Below are positions 37,290-48,480 of a stretch of 64,000 nucleotides of DNA, in pieces (within the stretch, counting starts at the first letter, position 1; each line of letters opens with the position of its first letter). The notes under the pieces are model-generated. The model was not told the origin of the DNA and searched no databases. It saw nothing but the letters and a program-made list of their open reading frames with translations. The stretch covers positions 3,410,001 through 3,474,000 of the forward strand of contig JAMWBK010000002.1 in assembly GCA_029953675.1 (NCBI GenBank), given 5' to 3'. A program made the translations under genes and the position numbers. The stretch comes from Rhodosorus marinus CCMP1338. Lineage: Eukaryota; Plantae; Rhodophyta.

Positions 37290-38156
37290 TCACATCGTTC
37301 TTTGCAGCTTTGGGCGCCAGTGAGCCCATTCCACACGCCTACATGGATTAAGCAATGCGTCGAAAGTAAGACGGGTGAGCATGCGATACCCATGTGAAGA
37401 TAACGTCCACGTATCCAATGCGGACTCGACAAAGTAACCGGCTTGGGTGGATACTGTAGAGACGTCTGGACCACATTCGATGCTCTTGTGCTCCTTCTTT
37501 TCGTGAGAACCTGAAATATACTCTCGAAGCATCCTGTTCCTCTGATATACCCGCGATTTTACCGCTTCGTCGTCTGAAAACGCAGGTATTTGTGAGATCA
37601 GCACCTCCTTGTCCAGCTTCTCTAGTTCCAGCGCTAGGAGTTTCAAGTTGTTGACGGTTCTCTGGACGTCCGTTGGTTGAGATGAAAAGAGCTCGTCCTG
37701 TCCTCCCAGGAATATGAGAACCACATGAGCATCCTTAAACATACCGTCAACGAACGTGTCAACGAACAGTGACTTTCGGACCCCGTTCACTCGATCTGGA
37801 GGGTGGTCTGCTCCAGGGACCCAATCGTCAGAAATTGCACGGAAAGCTCCTGCAGAAGCCACCCGCCATATAAGCCGCAGCCCATTGGCATCTTTCTCTT
37901 TGGCCAGCATAGCCGCGAGCCTAGCAGCCAAACCCCCATTGGCAAGACCGTCTCCAATCCCATCGGCAATGCCATCACCAACGAGCAGAATCGTTCGGTC
38001 AAGGCTTCCACTCTTTCTCCAGAAGAGGCTCTGGTTAATAAAGATGCCTAGACGATGGAAAAATAAATACACGTAGAAAATCACGTTTTCATATACCCTG
38101 TACAAACTATCGAAGATGCTGAGCTCCTCCTCCTCTCCAAGCCTCTCGTCCTCCAT
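37290..38156 (-). CDS. SGNH/GDSL hydrolase-fold protein, catalytic residues apparently substituted
   Basis: ILLVGDGIADG (block I-like), VVLIFLGGQD (block III-like), EVLISQIP, and LDTWTLSSHGY (block V-like). Confidence 0.6.
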   Translation of the reverse strand: MEDERLGEEEELSIFDSLYRVYENVIFYVYLFFHRLGIFINQSLFWRKSGSLDRTILLVGDGIADGIGDGLANGGLAARLAAMLAKEKDANGLRLIWRVASAGAFRAISDDWVPGADHPPDRVNGVRKSLFVDTFVDGMFKDAHVVLIFLGGQDELFSSQPTDVQRTVNNLKLLALELEKLDKEVLISQIPAFSDDEAVKSRVYQRNRMLREYISGSHEKKEHKSIECGPDVSTVSTQAGYFVESALDTWTLSSHGYRMLTRLTFDALLNPCRRVEWAHWRPKLQRTM

Positions 38157-39529
38157 TCATGCGATGAAGCTGTGCTACAACAAAATAACTCCTAAAACGC
38201 GTACAGCTTCTTTTCAAGTGTCCAGATAAGAAAAGTTGTCTATTCCTTTCGCCTTCTCACAAAGATCTGAGCCCCTACACACTACGACCGACGCGCGTTC
38301 CGACGATTCGGAGATGATGAATATGACGAGCTTGTATCTTGCATGGGAGGGTTGTGCCCTGGCACGGTAAAAATTAATTCACAGACCCGGATTGTGGGAG
38401 GCGCAGCAGTCGAAAAGTAGCAGTGTGGCTGACGAACACCTCCTTTGCCTCCGAAATTTGTTGATCAAGCCAATTCAGGTATGTGTTAGCGCTAATTACG
38501 AAACTGATCCTCGGGCACTCCACAAACCCTACTCGCCTGCACAGCTCTGCTCGTTCGGTTGGCTTCCAGGGTCAGATGGGCTAAGCTGGACGAACTGAGA
38601 AGGGTTGGGCTCCTTGTGGACGAAGTCTATAGTCTTGTGTTGCATTCGGTAGCACGCCTTAGAGTATTTAGGACGACACCGTGGATGGTGCCCTGGCCAG
38701 AATTTGAACGCTGTTGTGAACATTTTATTCTCAAAAGGCTTTTCATTCGTGATGAGCTTGGTTGGAAGCGGTTTGTTTTCAACTGCGTCCTTAATTTTGG
38801 AAGCTTGGTCAACAGTGTTCAGCTGAGTGCCAGTTTTGTATCTCTTTCATATAAAACATGCAGCATCAGAGCCACAGTGCTGTTTTGAAATTTTTGCCAG
38901 ATGACAAGGTCGGTTGTTTCAGTGGCTGAAGTGTGTCGGCGTGAAGAATAGTCTCGCACGGACGGGAACAGGGCGTTTCCGAGCTGTCAGTGAAAGGGTT
39001 CTCAGCCTTTGCCCAATGCTCCCTGACTCTAGGAGGATCAGCTTTTCCAAGTTGAAAGGGTATGCAATACTTGGACAAGTCCTGAATATTCTTCCGCGCA
39101 GGCTATGGGCCTCGTTTTCAGCAGGCCGAGCTCGACGGAATGTTCTATTTTGGAAGAGCGTAAAGGCTTGACATAACCTGCGCTCTCTTCTATGAGGAGG
39201 GATCCGTGGTCGATTCATTTGCTTCCGGTCTATGAAGCATCTCGCAGGATCTCAGTTGTTCGCGTCCTCGCCATGGGAAACGCTGGATGGCATTCGGAGT
39301 CTGTGCTCATAGGTCAGCGCACTGTTCGCGGGACCAGTGGCTTCGTATCCCGGCAATGCAGCTGTTTTGAATAGACTTTTTCTTCCGACCTAGCAAACTG
39401 CGGCTGTCTTTTGCTTGTGCTTCATTTTAATTCAGTCAAGATTTTGTACACATCGCGCACGGCATGTACCCGTGGTTTCAGATGCATGCATGGGTCACTC
39501 AGGGTTAATCTACATTCGCCATGTCAGCC

Positions 39530-40441
39530 CTACTCAACCTCGCCCAGGTAGTCCTTAATTTCCGCTGCTGAAAGAACGCGAAAGACTTTGTCATCGCCTA
39601 CAACGCCAAGCTCAATGTTGTTTGCAGTTACTTGGCCTTCAAATCCTTCCTTGAGAGTTAATATTGAGGTATGAATTGCATCTTCCAGCTCGATGTCATC
39701 GCTGTACCTCTTCTCAAGGAACGTTTTGGCGTTCACCATGTTTTTCCCAATCGCCGAAGCTTTCCAGGCGAAGTAAGACCCGCTTGGATCCACTTGATAA
39801 AGATGCGGTCCCTCATAATCGTATCCAGCCACAAGAAGGGACACTCCGAAAGGTCTGACACCCCCAGATTGTGTATACTCCTGCATCACTGATGCAATCT
39901 GACGAACCACTTGGGAAACGGGGATCGACTCCCTATAGGTTTGGTAGTAGGTCTGCGCATTTTTTCTCGCTTTTCGAATCAACACTCGAGAATCTGGCCC
40001 CATCCCGGAGTACACCATGCCTACGTTCTCTGTCACAAGAGCAACTTTTTGAAGCGTCGTCTCGTCCATAAGCGCGGACGACATTCTCTTCTCAGTTGCG
40101 AGAACAATGCCATTGCTCGCTAGAATATTATCACAAAAAAGAACAAAAGAACCACAATGAGCACACAATAATAGAGATGAACAATCGAATGGGTCAAATC
40201 GGATCCCATCCACCCCATGCGAAATTCAGGAACAGTGCGAATAAATCAACGCGAGCTATGCCTTTGTAATAACTGCTTTGAATTTTGAAACCTTGAAAGC
40301 GATTTGAGATTCGAATACCATACCTTTAATACCCAAAGAAGTAGCACCAGCGGCAACCGCGTTCAAAGCATACTCAATCTGGGTCAACTTTCCGCTCGGA
40401 CTGAACGTTGTCAGCGAGAACGAGTAATCAGATTCCCCCAT
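39530..40441 (-). CDS. PSMA2: 20S proteasome subunit alpha type-2, 2 exons
   Basis: [29 protein letters not shown]..., [22 protein letters not shown] and [17 protein letters not shown]. Confidence 0.98.
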
Positions 40442-40484
40442 ATCCTCTTCTAGATAGCCGGTCTATTTCAATTTTCCATGCACA

Positions 40485-40575
40485 ACACCTGGACTTCAGT
40501 ACATCGCAACCCCACAACCCACCCACTCACACACCTGGACTTCAGTACATCGCAACCCCACAACCCACCCACTCA
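40485..40575. repeat. Perfect tandem duplication, 45-bp unit x2 (period 46)
   Basis: ACACCTGGACTTCAGTACATCGCAACCCCACAACCCACCCACTCA at 40485-40529 and 40531-40575. Confidence 0.95.
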
Positions 40576-41321
40576 TCTCACAACCCGATTAGGATCGTGA
40601 AAGCGTGCAGTGAATCATTTCCATTCAAAAGCTCGACAGCACCCGATCGATAAAAATCGCCAGGGAGAGCCCCAGGGACGAGGTTCATTGAGCCCTTCTA
40701 GTTCAACGTTGATCCAACCATTTTCTGGTAGATTAACTTAAAAAAAGGATGTTAGGGAGAAAGCATAGCTGTGCAAACACAGTTTTTAACTTATACCGGT
40801 TTTTAGGTCTTAACAAGACCTAAACCCTCTTAATCATGTGAACCTGATTGGCCTGGCCGTGTTCCTGATTCGGTTGTAAGCGTTAACACTAGTCATAATA
40901 GTAAGTCCTCAAATGGATGTTGTGTATTCCACTTTAGCCGATTGTAACTTAAATTGTGGAAACTTTTAGTTTGGAGTGTTCTTAATTTTGACGACGGCTT
41001 GACATTCTCTGTCCGTGTTCGGACTCTTGGAAACCTGAAAGTCCGGACCTCAAAATTATAGTGGTCATGAAACTGTGCACTCTTGTAGCCATCACCAAGC
41101 ACCTAGCAACCTAGCGCAACGCAAGCCTGACAGATCGGTTTAGTCGGAGGTCAAGGTTCCCAAATGAAGGAGCCTACGAAGAGCACAAAGAGCCTGCAGG
41201 CAGAGCAGAGGCAGCGCTACAGCCCCAGAGTGTCAGCCTCAAAGAAGCGTATAGTCAAGATATTGTACATAAAGACCAACGAAGCGCACTTGGGTCCAAG
41301 AGCTCGATGAGTATCCGAACA

Positions 41322-41444
41322 AGGATGAGCTCCTCGAAGATCTACTTGACGAGCCTATTGAAAGTGTGCCTCTCCGAATTGAGGATGAGCTCCTCGAAGA
41401 TCTACTTGACGAGCCTATTGAAAGTGTCCCTCTCCGAATTGAGG
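41322..41444. repeat. 60-bp tandem duplication (2 copies, 1 mismatch)
   Basis: AGGATGAGCTCCTCGAAGATCTACTTGACGAGCCTATTGAAAGTGT(G/C)CCTCTCCGAATTG at 41322 and 41382. Confidence 0.95.
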
Positions 41445-42256
41445 GATTGAGATGGTCCGCCAGTCGGGAATTCTCCTGAAACCTATCGCATAAAAACATA
41501 GTTTTGTGCGCATTTATACCTCTTAATCTGCTCAAGACAGACGTCAATATTAAGGGTTCTTCCGTACATCTGAACCCCTCGCGCAAAAAAGTGTCCCAAG
41601 TGGAAAAACCAAAAAGGTATAAAAATTCATGATTGGATCCCAAAAGGGGCGCTAATTGACAGTTTTCACAATGGCACATCTCTGCCATTTACGTAACATA
41701 ATCCTTTTTTTAAGAATCCAATGTCGGCTTCTGTGGTTACCTGTGCGATTATCAAGGGTCTTGACGAGCGTTTTTCAGCGTAAATTACTCTCCTCTCAGA
41801 GAGGAATACAAAAAATTGATTGTTCACTTTCAGGATTTGACGGAGATTATTTGGTACTATTTTGGTAATCTCATCATCTTCATGAGATGCTAGTAAGCTG
41901 ATCATGGTTTGTCGGGAGCTGGCAGCATAAGATATTAAACACATCACCCGGAAGGCCGTCCGATTTTCACTCGAGATTTTACTTTCTTGTTGCTTTCTTT
42001 CACGGAGCAGCTTTCCAATGCAAAACACGGTTTCGACGAAAAAACAGGTCTTAATTGTCTGACTCTTGCAGGGGTCACACGGATTCCTTGGGCAGATTCC
42101 TGTCTGAAGCGACTTGATCTTCAACTGGTTGCACTCGTTCCGGTACTGGAATGAGAGAAGCCGAGCGCGCCGAGTTTCAGTTGCTGAGTGGCTGGTTGTA
42201 CTGTCTGCACATGTTGTAAAGCGGGAGAGGGTGAAGCTTTTCGAGCCGAGACTGTC

Positions 42257-43696
42257 ATGGAGTTCAGGGTAAAGCTGACGGATGAAGCTGAGGACGATGA
42301 TGCCGTCTTTGGCAATCCTGGAACGGCCTCTTTGAAGCGACGGGCGACTCTATTGCGTTATGAGGAGATCCATGAATCACGGGACAAAGAACTGACTCAG
42401 GACGGGGAGAAACTCGTGGGATTCAAACCCCTAAGGAAAACTGGAGTTATTTATGTAACAGAGCAGGCAGTGAAGAAAGGATTCTCGCCGTCCGATCCCT
42501 CATGGGCAAACTTTGGTCAGGGTGCACCTGAAACGGGGGATATATCTGGAGCTCCTTCTCGGCCAAAGCTCGTGGATATCCCTCCCGAATTCGAAGAGTA
42601 CGCTCCTGTTAGTGGTACCGCCGATCTCCGGGTAGCGATCGCGAATTACTATAACGAATGGTTCCGCCAGGGGCAAGCAACGCTGTACACTGCCGACAAC
42701 GTTTGCGTTGTGCCGGGCGGTCGAGCAGGTCTCACAAGGATAATGTCCTGCATTGAGAACGCGATGGTCGGCTACTTTTTGCCGGACTACACGGCCTATT
42801 CCGAGGCTTTGGGTCTGTTCCAATCAATTGTTCCCGTCCCAATTCCACAATCCAGCAAGTTTGGAATGGAGAAGCAGATGCCGGCTAACTACCTCGACGA
42901 GCTGGTGTCTAGGATGGACCTCGGGGCCATCCTCATGTCGAATCCATGCAACCCAACCGGGGCAGTTCTCCGAGGGAGAGACCTCGCGGCCTATGTTGAA
43001 ATAGCTAGAAGGTGGGGCTGTGCGATGGTTATGGATGAGTTTTACTCGCACTATTTGTATCTGGACGACGATGAACTGAAGGACAGTGGGGACCCGCCCA
43101 TGGTTAGCGCAGCGGAGTTCGTGCAAGACGTGAACAGTGATCCTGTTCTGCTTGTGAACGGGCTTACCAAGGGGTGGCGGTTGCCGGGTTGGCGATTGTG
43201 CTGGGTAGTCGGTCCAAAGAAGCACATTGATTTGATCAGCGCTGCGGGAAGCTACCTGGACGGAGGAGCCAACGCTCCGTTTCAGCATGCTGCTCTTCCA
43301 CTATTACAGCACGACTACGTGCGTCAGGACGTGCTTTCGCTGCAAGCTCATTTTCGGGCCAAACGGGATTATATGCTCGGCGAGCTGAAGAAATTTAGGA
43401 TACACCCAAGGAAGTGTCCGGAAGCAACTTTTTACCTGTGGTTGGACTTGTCAGAGCTCCCTGACCCGATAAACGACGGCCTGGAATTCTGCCATGAGCT
43501 GTTGGAGGAAAATGCAATAGTGATCAATGGAATCTGGTTCGATCTCTCGCCGCGGGGCTTGAGAAGACATGCCGCGTACGGGCCATGTGCAAACTTCATT
43601 CGGCTTTCCTATGGACCTCCAATGGAGGAGCTTAAGGTCGGCGTAAAAGCGATTGAAAGGGTTTGTCGGAAACACGGAGTTGAAACGGCTATGTGA
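42257..43696 (+). CDS. PLP-dependent aminotransferase class I/II, intronless
   Basis: Motifs ANFGQGAPE, VCVVPGGRAGL, MSNPCNPTG, MDEFYSHY and NGLTKGWRLPGWR (Schiff-base Lys). First in-frame ATG is at 42257. Confidence 0.9.
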   Translation: MEFRVKLTDEAEDDDAVFGNPGTASLKRRATLLRYEEIHESRDKELTQDGEKLVGFKPLRKTGVIYVTEQAVKKGFSPSDPSWANFGQGAPETGDISGAPSRPKLVDIPPEFEEYAPVSGTADLRVAIANYYNEWFRQGQATLYTADNVCVVPGGRAGLTRIMSCIENAMVGYFLPDYTAYSEALGLFQSIVPVPIPQSSKFGMEKQMPANYLDELVSRMDLGAILMSNPCNPTGAVLRGRDLAAYVEIARRWGCAMVMDEFYSHYLYLDDDELKDSGDPPMVSAAEFVQDVNSDPVLLVNGLTKGWRLPGWRLCWVVGPKKHIDLISAAGSYLDGGANAPFQHAALPLLQHDYVRQDVLSLQAHFRAKRDYMLGELKKFRIHPRKCPEATFYLWLDLSELPDPINDGLEFCHELLEENAIVINGIWFDLSPRGLRRHAAYGPCANFIRLSYGPPMEELKVGVKAIERVCRKHGVETAM

Positions 43697-43882
43697 CCTT
43701 AGCTGCGATATTAGTTAGAGCTAGTGGCAAGCGTGTGGTTTGTTGTTTCCCGGCCTGACTTCAGTCGCCAGGACTGAATGAGAGTTTGCCTATCGGGGTG
43801 CGGGGAAGATGTGCCTCCGGATTGCTTTAATGTCACCTGCGCGTTTGACCATTTTAAATTGACTGGAAATCTCGTGCGTTGC

Positions 43883-45015
43883 TTAGAAGTTAACGTCAAT
43901 ATCCGCAATACCAAGGGTCGTACCTGCTACGGTAATGAAGGTCTCAGTGGCCTGCACCGGGCATCCTTTGCCATTCAAGAGCTCGAATCGGGTTACAAGG
44001 TCAGAGGCAACGCTGGCGATGAAAAGAAATCCATTCGCAACAGCTAGGTTGTGGGGTCTCTCTTCTGCGGTCATAGTGACCCGGCACAGCTTCTTCATTG
44101 GGTAAACCGTCAAGTCGAAAGTGACGATTCCCACATCTTGATTGATAATATTCCCCACATACAGCCGCTGCAGGTCCGGAGACACAACGATTCCATGTGC
44201 CGAAGAGGTCCATCGGGTTTGAAATTCTGCTACAATGTCCATGCTCGTTGGGTTCACCTGATAAGCTGTCCCTTGCGCCGCCGTCCCACTTTGGGCAGCA
44301 ACGAACAAGTCCGAAGATCCAGCAAGATTAACGTGAGGGTCAGAAACAGTTTTGACCCTGTTTAGTTCCTCGTACGTGAACGCATTGTACTGAACTACAA
44401 AGCCTGGGTTGGGTCTGTTAGGATCCAGTGAGACGAGCTTCAGGTACGTGATGTAAATAAAGCGTCCGTTGAGCACCACGTCGTGGGGCTCTGCGTTGCT
44501 CGAGTCAATCCATTTAGGGAACTTCGGAACAGGTATTTTTTGCTTAATAGCAGTGGTTTCAGGATTAACGATGTATGTGTTCTTGCTGCCGGGGCACGTC
44601 ACAGCGAGAAACCTGCGCGTGGTGAAGTCCTGAGTGGATATCATGTGAAATCCACCCTCACACCCAGGCACGGGGATTCTTCCTTTTCGGACTACGGAGT
44701 TATCGTCGTTGACAAAAAAGCGATAGATGTACTCACTCCCGGAGTCGGAGGAGTAAATATTGCGGCCAATGTTTGTCACATAGCCGGGTAGAACTCCGGC
44801 AGGGAGTGAGTTGACAACGTTTCCGGATAGCGAGTCAATTATATCAAGCGTTCCAGCACCTCTTACGGCAACAGCTATTATTTCGGCATGCGCAATGCCA
44901 AGTATGCACAATACTAGGACTGCAACAGAGAAGCGGACGGCAGTGGTTAGATGATGGTCCGCATATTCAATAGCTCTGTAAGCCCATGATTTCACAGCTT
45001 ACCGGTTAGCTTCAT
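43883..45015 (-). CDS. Secreted YVTN/YncE-like beta-propeller protein, 2 exons
   Basis: The track ORF begins at GTG. An ATG at 45015 plus intron 45002-44920 (GTAAGC...TCTAAC...TTGCAG) gives the signal peptide MKLTVLVLCILGIAHA/EII. Blade repeats of about 45 aa follow (PHDVVL, AHGIVVS..RLYV, PHNLAV..FLFIA). Confidence 0.7.
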
Positions 45016-45173
45016 CCTGATCGCGATCTGCAGTCAGCATCTGCTTCACCAACACGTCGTTAGCTTGATACTGACGAGAACCGTGGTGGCAGGGTGGGAA
45101 CTGAGGACATTCACACTCCCTCTATATACATTCAAGGTTGCTGTGATCTTGAACTGACGTTTACCTTGGGCAT

Positions 45174-46533
45174 GGTGGTACGGTCAATCGCTGGGGGCCC
45201 GTTCCTACTCCACGAAAACGTGGAGTAGAAAAAGCGAATATTGAAAAACAGATTTTTTTAACAGTCGGTGGCCGTGCAAGAACTATGAACTATGGAAATT
45301 GATGTGGATGAGGTCGTAGAAAAGAATTCTGCTTGCGATACCCCCCCTGGCTCTGATCTGCTTCTGGACTCCCTGCGTTAATTGAAGAAACTAGAATTTC
45401 AGCGTGACTCAATCTCCAGCGCTTTGGCAGATTTCGGTTCGTGGTAAACTCTGTCGAGTCTCTCGCAATAGCTTTGAAAACTTTAAACTACGCTGAGGCG
45501 ACTTACAGGTATATCAAGGGGACGTCCCTAGGGATGACTGGAAGACCTGAACCACCAATCCTAGCTTTCCGAGTTCGCGATTTCATGCGCCCACACCACC
45601 GGCTGGAGATTTGAGGCTCCAGCCGAAGCTGGAAAATACAGGATATGGTGTGTACGACGAGGTGAAAGATGTCCATTGTGCAGAATCCCACAGTATCCCA
45701 CAGAATCCGCAGACTAGCGTATCCGGTATACTGTGGGATTCCGCTACAGCCCCAAAGAAACCTCGTTCCAGGTAGAGGTGGAATTTTAATGCTTGTTTAA
45801 TATTTTGTAGTATGTTCTTATGCTTTTTATTTCAAATGCTTTTGTTTTACCCGATTTATAATATTTTTTACTTACTTTTTATGTGGTATCTGCCTCCCAC
45901 ACAAGGTGGGAGCATCTAATTCTGATGTAGTATCGAGATGTCATGTGATAGGCTAGTAGGATTGTGATTTCCGCATATTAAAACAGGCTCCGATGGCAAC
46001 TGATAAATATCGGGCAGTCCCATCTACTAGCCAACGGAACTGGAGAGTCCCGCGAATCCTGCGCACATCATCTTCACAGGATCTGACTTGTTTTAAGAAT
46101 ATGACGAACCAGAATACCCACCTTTGGAATTGAGCTTCAACTCAGGCAAGAAGTACGTTCTCAAAAAGCTGACGAAATAAAGAATTTCAATTATTCCGTG
46201 TCTGGGGATAACCGGTACTAAAGTAGCCTCTGTGGAACTATTCACAAACGGGAATGGGTGGGAAAGTTTCCCCAGAGTGTGCTTTCAGTCCGTAGTTGCA
46301 GATCACGATACGTAATCGTTTTATCCGAAAGCGGAAGCCTTTGACCTGCGTGAATCCCAGACTGCATATGACCGAACCTACCCGCTTCCAAAATCTTCAT
46401 GAGCCTTAAAAAAAAATAAAAACAGGGAGCGAGAGAAACTAAGAGCAAATTTCTGTTTTTCAATATATTACTTTTTCTACTCCACGTTTTCGTGGAGTAG
46501 GTACCGGTCCCCAGCGATTGACAGGGTACCACC
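45174..46533. mobile_element. 1.36-kb element bounded by about 80-bp imperfect terminal inverted repeats (non-autonomous DNA transposon/foldback-like)
   Basis: Left 45174-45252 matches the reverse complement of 46452-46533, including a 31-bp identical core CCTACTCCACGAAAACGTGGAGTAGAAAAAG. No intact transposase or clear target-site duplication seen. Confidence 0.75.
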
Positions 46534-48480
46534 AGAGATCCCTGGTGGCCGATGGTTGGACAGCCCCCATCCAGTGCACAATTTTGCTTCCAAGCCCTTG
46601 CTCTTACTGATAATTCTATTGAAAACATTCGAAGAGTGGCAGAGTCGGAAAGCGTGGGCGAAGGTTTTGGGATGGCGCTCTCCCGAATCGCGTGGAAAGC
46701 AAACTTTGGCCTGCGCTTTCTTACAACCCCGTGAAAACCCAAATTCTTTGGTTTTTTCACGGGTCCGGACTGCGGAAAGATCCCCAACAAGGGTCGCACA
46801 CCTCGAGCACTCTCGTCCGAAGATGTGATATTAGAAATCCGCATGGACTTTGCGGAGGCCGCCGACTGAATCTTCGATCTCTTAGATGGTTGGCCGCGCC
46901 TCAAACCAAATTACTCCGAACGTCGTGTTCTTTCAACCTTACTATGGACGCTTTCAGGAATTTTTTGGAGGACCGGATAGGTGAGAAGTATCTTCCCGGA
47001 CAATGCGCGCCTCTGCCAAGGGGGGACTCAACTTTTATGTGGTACCCTCTTGAGACTTTCTCACTTCTACTTTACAGCTTTTTTGCACTGTATCTGAATG
47101 AACGAATGATTTGAATGAATCAAATGAATGAATTTGTTTAATCGGAGACTGAAAGAAAACCCGCGAGGTGCAAAAAAGGACTAAGCGCGGCGAAGATCGC
47201 GCCTCCAACATCAAAGCAGCGTTCATACGCCACGGCAAGAAACTTAAACGGGTAAACAACGAGGACAGACGGTCAGGGTGTTCGCAGATCAATTCCAGTA
47301 TCTAAGGTCGACTGACCCTAGAATTATCCATTTATGTATAGACGCTAGCCATAAAACAACTCGAAAAATCTGTTCAGAGTAGATGAGATATTCATGGGTT
47401 CTCAAAAGCGTGGGAACTTCATCTAGTTTGCGCAGGTCATTGTCCTCTCACCCCAGCTCTCAACCCTCCCCTGGAAAGAAGCTCATCCGAATTCTTTGAA
47501 CGTGTTTCCGAAAAGCCGTTCCTGTAGGACTGTAGAACCAGCTTGTCTTCACTTTTACTAGGGGAATCAGCCTTCCCGATTGGAGTCTTGTAATGTAAGC
47601 AGTAAAAGCACATCTGGTTCAATGCATTTCTGAAGTTCCAAGTTCGAGACGCGCCGGCCTTCAGGACTGCCCACGAGTTACTCCTAGGACATCTGTTTAG
47701 GCCGGCATCGCTCGTGGGAAAGGGAAAGAACTGGGATCCAGATGCCGTGTGAGGGATCTGAGACCGGTCATCGTGGTCTTGCTCAGCCGTCCAAACGCTT
47801 CCAGAGCGATCGGCTTTTACTTAGGACTCGGATAGAAAACCAAGGTCAAGTCGACCTTAACTAGACAAAAGAAACAATATCAGTAGACCAAGACTAGAGA
47901 CTGCGCGTCTAGGGCAAAAAGGCTGACATCATCTAGATGACCAACAAGGGGAAAAGCTAAAGAAAAGCCTTACTTGGAGCACGTCAGCCCAGTAGTGAAC
48001 TTATGAGGATAAGTTGAATGCAGCCTGGCTGTGGTAGCCCAAGAGTTTCCTTTCCAATTGTCCATTGGAGGTCCCGCAGACAATGTCTACATGCTCCCAA
48101 AATTAACGAAACTTTTAGGAACCGTCTCCAAAGTTTAGGGCACTCTCGGCTTAATATTTGTACTACAAATTACGACAATGACGTTCAGCCCTCAGCTTGT
48201 ATTATCGCCTTCCTCGCCTGCTCACGATTCCGAGGGAACATCAAAACGCTGATTTTACTGCGTTCTGCGTCGCATGTGCCAGATATGCACACGGGCAACG
48301 CACTTGCAGGAACGAGGGGTTTTTGCTCGTGACTTTCGCTCTGAAGAAGGGAATTCTCATATCATACCTGTATCCCGCCCAGGGCTCCGGAGTGAATGGG
48401 TAAACTTTTGTGAATCCGTGAGTAGCAGGCAGTACTGATCGAGGTTCTGGCAAGCTTGGGAAAAGGCTGAAGGCATTCAG

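Noticed and set aside
38300-39374. Chain of short plus-strand ORFs suggesting a multi-exon gene
   Set aside because: Could not build phase-consistent, stop-free splicing by eye; no motif.
43883-44995. Beta-propeller as an intronless GTG-start bacterial contaminant
   Set aside because: A canonical 83-nt intron and an upstream ATG give a clean signal peptide.
46242-46904. 220-aa minus-strand ORF as the element's transposase
   Set aside because: It runs across the right TIR, has no DDE, HUH or recombinase motif, and looks non-coding in composition.
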